A stretch of 27,334 nucleotides of DNA from a virus (Duplodnaviria; Caudoviricetes): positions 1 through 27,334 of the IMG/VR virus record IMGVR_UViG_3300035670_001058; one strand, 5' to 3'. Below the pieces are notes generated by a model. It ran no database searches and was not told the DNA's origin. It was given only the letters and a program-made list of their open reading frames with translations. Positions 24,101 to 27,334 of this stretch are shown here, piece by piece (the first letter of the stretch is position 1; the number at the start of each line of letters is the position of its first letter). The position numbers and the translations under genes are program-made.

Positions 24101-25003
24101 TTAAGCTGCTATGTCAACAACCGCCCAATTGTTAGTTACCCCTATATCTACAACTGCCCAAGCTGTTATAAATAAACGGCCTGTAGAAGTTGTCATATTT
24201 ACGCCAGTTACATCTATATTAGCATTTGCGGTTATAGACAGTGTTCCTGTAGTTACAAGTAAGGATTGTCCACTTACTATAACGTCTACATTTGTAAATG
24301 CAGATTCATCTCCTAAAGATATATTTAATAAATTTGTAGATAAAATTAAATTAGCGTCTCCATTAATTGTTAAGATTCCAACATTTGAAGTTATAATATT
24401 TGTTAAAACATCTACATTAGCATCTGCTGTAGTACTTACAGAATTAACTGTAGAATTTAATAAATTTGTAGTAGCATCTACAATAGCATTTCCTACAACA
24501 TCTTCATCACCTAATGAAATATTTATTTGATTACCTGTTACTTCAAATGAAGCTCCAGCATCTGCTGTTAGTGTTCCAGTTGTAGAATTCATGGAATCAC
24601 CAACTACGATTTCAGATGTATTACCATCTGCAGTAATTGAGTAAGCACCAATTGTTGTATTTAAAATATCTAATGCCGTTAATACAACATCAGCATTACC
24701 TAAACCACTTTCATCTCCTAAACTTATTTGTAATAAATTTGTAGATAAAGTTAAATTAGAATCTCCAGTAATAGAAACTGTATTAACTGTAGAATTTAAT
24801 TGTTCTCCTGTAATTGAAATGTCTTGTCCAATTGCAATGGAAACAGAATTTATATTAGTAGAAAGTGTAAGTACTTCTCCTATGCCCCAAGAATCAATAC
24901 CCCATTGGCCTTGACCCCACGCTTCAAATGTAACTGTAGCGTCTTCGTTGCCTTCTCCCCAGTATCCTATACCGTATACGCCTGAACCCCAGGGAGCCGA
25001 CAT
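24101..25003 (-). CDS. Acidic repetitive beta-strand virion protein (fibre/shaft-like)
   Basis: N-terminal WG repeats, roughly 27-aa internal repeats, no Lys, single Arg; AAGGAGG SD. Confidence 0.6.
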   Translation of the reverse strand: MSAPWGSGVYGIGYWGEGNEDATVTFEAWGQGQWGIDSWGIGEVLTLSTNINSVSIAIGQDISITGEQLNSTVNTVSITGDSNLTLSTNLLQISLGDESGLGNADVVLTALDILNTTIGAYSITADGNTSEIVVGDSMNSTTGTLTADAGASFEVTGNQINISLGDEDVVGNAIVDATTNLLNSTVNSVSTTADANVDVLTNIITSNVGILTINGDANLILSTNLLNISLGDESAFTNVDVIVSGQSLLVTTGTLSITANANIDVTGVNMTTSTGRLFITAWAVVDIGVTNNWAVVDIAA

Positions 25004-25012
25004 GAATCCTCC

Positions 25013-25444
25013 TTAAGCTATTCTTAAGATAGCTGCTGCAGATGTAAATGCTGGGAATTGAATTGTAAATGTTCCAGATGTTGCAGTTTTATCACTACCA
25101 AAATCTAATACACATACTGATTTGTCAGAAGCTGATGTATTATAAATTAAAGCTCCTCTTGCAGTAAGTGTTACTCCTGTAAAAGATAAATCTGCGAAAT
25201 CTACGATTGCAACTGAACCATCTAACGATACTTGTTGAGAAGCTAATACTCCTCCGCCTGCAGAATACTGTCCAGTATTTCCAACTTCATTGCTTGATGA
25301 ATATACTGTTGTATTTGCATCTAAAGTAGCTGCTGATGAGTAAAGTGCTAATTTAAAAACTTGTCCCGAACCTGAATCAAAATCGTGAACAGCACCTAAA
25401 ATCTCTGATTTGAAAGTGTTGCACACTGCTTGTGTTATTGCCAT
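25013..25444 (-). CDS. Virion structural protein
   Basis: 143 aa; FKLALY, Y.AGG..L, TARGALIYN, VLDFG.DK motifs typical of phage tail-associated proteins; AAGGAG SD. Confidence 0.6.
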   Translation of the reverse strand: MAITQAVCNTFKSEILGAVHDFDSGSGQVFKLALYSSAATLDANTTVYSSSNEVGNTGQYSAGGGVLASQQVSLDGSVAIVDFADLSFTGVTLTARGALIYNTSASDKSVCVLDFGSDKTATSGTFTIQFPAFTSAAAILRIA

Positions 25445-25465
25445 ATGTTGTACTCCTTATAGTTG

Positions 25466-26149
25466 TTATGGGGATGGTGAGTTAATTTTGATACGTAACA
25501 CTCCATCCTGAAATTCGTCTCTGCGTCTTCTACCTGTTTGTTCTAACGCAAATCCTTGTAATGCTGTATTATACTTGTCCTGATACAGTTTGTACATATC
25601 CATAGGACCTTTTAAATATGCAAAAGCTTCTACTAAACATGCATATAATAATAGTTCTGGTGCATTTACACTTACATAAGTTGTTGTATTTGAAGCACTT
25701 AAACCATCTGGTGTATAAACATAATCTAAAGTTACTGCATAAGCAGCGTCTGGAGTAGGAGCTACTTCAATAGCATCTTCTCTAAAAGTTGCATAATATT
25801 TTGGAAATCCTGTAGTACCTGCTGCATTATATTCAGTAATAAAAGTATCATCTCTTGGTTCTAAAGCAACTTGAATAGACGAGCTATTTGTTGCAACTAC
25901 TGATCGTACAATTAAAGCTCTTCTAGAAGTATTAGTTCCTGAAGATCCTGATGAATTTGGTAAAACTAAATATTTATTATTTGCTGTAAATGTAGAAGTA
26001 GCATATTCTCTAGAATAATCAGCATCTGTTTCTCTAAATATTCTAAATTCAGAATCTCTAATAAATCCATTAACAATAGTAGAAGTTAATACTCCTGAAT
26101 CTACTTCTGTATAATCTCTAATTTTTTGTACTAATTCTGCGTATGTCAT
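25466..26149 (-). CDS. Head-tail adaptor / tail tubular protein A-like
   Basis: MTYAEL...I.DY.E, G.PKYYA, .APTPD..Y, P.LLLYA.L.EA..YLK motifs. Confidence 0.65.
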   Translation of the reverse strand: MTYAELVQKIRDYTEVDSGVLTSTIVNGFIRDSEFRIFRETDADYSREYATSTFTANNKYLVLPNSSGSSGTNTSRRALIVRSVVATNSSSIQVALEPRDDTFITEYNAAGTTGFPKYYATFREDAIEVAPTPDAAYAVTLDYVYTPDGLSASNTTTYVSVNAPELLLYACLVEAFAYLKGPMDMYKLYQDKYNTALQGFALEQTGRRRRDEFQDGVLRIKINSPSP

Positions 26150-26496
26150 GTTATATTAATTGTTACATCTCCAACGTTAGAATAAGCTTGTCTTCTAGAA
26201 TTAATAACATCTCCACTTATTCCAGGTTCCATTCCAATAGATAAAAATTGTCCTGGCCAAAAATATAAATCTAATTCTACTAAACATCCTCCACCTGGAA
26301 CAGTATCTGCTCTAGCATTTTTTAATCCCTGTGGATCTGCTTTATGGTGTCTTGGATCTAATTGAGGTTGTTTTGGTTCATATTCACTAAAATGTACCCA
26401 TGAACCATTCCATTCCCTTTTCATTTCCACATATGGAAACTGCATTCCTGATCTATCAGAAATTGCTAATGATCTTTTACCTCTTGCAAATGCCAT
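26146..26496 (-). CDS. Conserved-looking phage hypothetical protein
   Basis: FARGK...AISDRSG..FPY..M..EWNG..VH..E.EPK.PQL; coupled to both neighbours. Confidence 0.7.
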   Translation of the reverse strand: MAFARGKRSLAISDRSGMQFPYVEMKREWNGSWVHFSEYEPKQPQLDPRHHKADPQGLKNARADTVPGGGCLVELDLYFWPGQFLSIGMEPGISGDVINSRRQAYSNVGDVTINIT

Positions 26497-27185
26497 TAGA
26501 TACCATCTCCAAAGTAAGTATAAGGTGAAATATAAGAACTTGTTCTTTGAGAGTCTTCTTCTAAAGCTCTTTGTAATTCATCTTCATATATTAATTTTAA
26601 ACCTTGTACTCTATCTGGAGAAACCTTTTGTCCTAAATAATATGCAAGTCCTGAAATCATACATGGTAAAAATCTGTAAGGAACGTTTGCTTGATCATTA
26701 TAATCTCCTGCATCTTGAATTCTACTTATATAATAATACTTTAAATAAATATATTGAGCACAATCTGGTGTTAAATATAAACTAATAGTAGGATTAATTT
26801 GACGATTCACATAGTATTGTGAAGGTTGTCCAGTTTGTCCTTTATTAGGAAGAGCTGCATAAGCAGATCTATCAATTTTATCTAAAGAAATATCATTAGT
26901 TGTTTCAGTTATAGTTAATGCTGTAGAAATATAAGCTTCTAATACATCACTACAATCAGAAGGTGTAGCATAAGTTGATGTACCAGCAGTTAATAACTGT
27001 TCTTTAAGAACAATTTTCCAAAGATGAACACCTCTATTTCCCCATTCAGAAAATAAAATGTTTAAACTTCTTCTTGCTGATTTTATATTATAACCGCTGT
27101 TAGTTCTTACACCACAACGTTCGTAGGCTTCTTCAATAATATCGTCTATGTCTAAATCGAATGTTGTAGTTCCTGAAGTAGCCAT
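26496..27185 (-). CDS. Head-tail adaptor-like virion protein
   Basis: IIEEAYERCG, ARRSLN.L..EW.NRG..LW, G.P.QYY, VP.RF.P....GLAYY, LK..YE.E..RA..ED. Confidence 0.6.
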   Translation of the reverse strand: MATSGTTTFDLDIDDIIEEAYERCGVRTNSGYNIKSARRSLNILFSEWGNRGVHLWKIVLKEQLLTAGTSTYATPSDCSDVLEAYISTALTITETTNDISLDKIDRSAYAALPNKGQTGQPSQYYVNRQINPTISLYLTPDCAQYIYLKYYYISRIQDAGDYNDQANVPYRFLPCMISGLAYYLGQKVSPDRVQGLKLIYEDELQRALEEDSQRTSSYISPYTYFGDGI

Positions 27186-27191
27186 TAGACA

Positions 27192-27311
27192 TTATTTTTT
27201 CTTATTGTTTTTAGAAACTTTCTTAGCACTAAATCCTTTTAACATACCTGCAACTTTTGCTGGTGTGTTTTTTGGAGTCATTCCTGCTTTTAAATATGTT
27301 TTCATTCCCAT
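27192..27311 (-). CDS. Small basic protein, 39 aa (not in ORF track)
   Basis: MGMKTYLKAGMTPKNTPAKVAGMLKGFSAKKVSKNNKKK*. GGAG SD upstream; follows the stop of a window-truncated ORF (..QYFGEY*, 27313-27334). Confidence 0.6.
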   Translation of the reverse strand: MGMKTYLKAGMTPKNTPAKVAGMLKGFSAKKVSKNNKKK

Positions 27312-27334
27312 TTTAATATTCTCCGAAGTATTGT

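Larger units (their letters stand above)
1..27334. mobile_element. Tailed dsDNA bacteriophage genome segment (virion morphogenesis/late arm, podovirus-like)
   Basis: Dense co-oriented genes with many TAATG/ATGA stop-start overlaps. Adaptor-, nozzle-, fibre- and ejection-like proteins plus phage-type helicase and exonuclease. No host housekeeping genes and no tape-measure/sheath module. Confidence 0.93.

Noticed and set aside
3677-26785. Other short + strand ORFs (3677, 4440, 12908, 13026, 13808, 15438, 16344, 24111, 26525)
   Set aside because: All lie opposite longer, motif-supported - strand genes and show no recognisable domains.

Overview
AT-rich fragment of a tailed dsDNA phage, most likely a podovirus-type virion module. 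The resemblance to SAR11/LD12 (Pelagibacterales)-type phages is my inference, not a search result. The 3' end of a + strand SNF2-type helicase (3..239) converges on a long - strand arm that fills the rest of the window. In transcription order (right to left) that arm carries: head-tail adaptor-like and fibre-like genes; three paralogous kelch-like beta-propeller genes (6+12+12 blades); an 8-gene modification cassette (coiled-coil protein, sulfotransferase, APS kinase-like protein, HxGH nucleotidyltransferase, four 2OG-Fe(II) oxygenases); a tail nozzle/stabilisation protein; a second cassette with two glycosyltransferases; likely ejection proteins; a PD-(D/E)XK exonuclease; and an atypical SpeD-family pyruvoyl decarboxylase. 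The best candidate for an undescribed system is a virion-surface modification pathway (Pro hydroxylation, glycosylation, sulfation) with a self-contained minimal PAPS supply, acting on the Pro/Ser/Thr-rich variable loops of the neighbouring propellers. I also found three small ORFs missing from the track, several embedded sigma70-like promoters, two structures that sequester a start codon, and some DNA-level motifs. No tRNA, CRISPR array, integrase or reverse transcriptase was seen. All functional calls rest on motifs read by eye.
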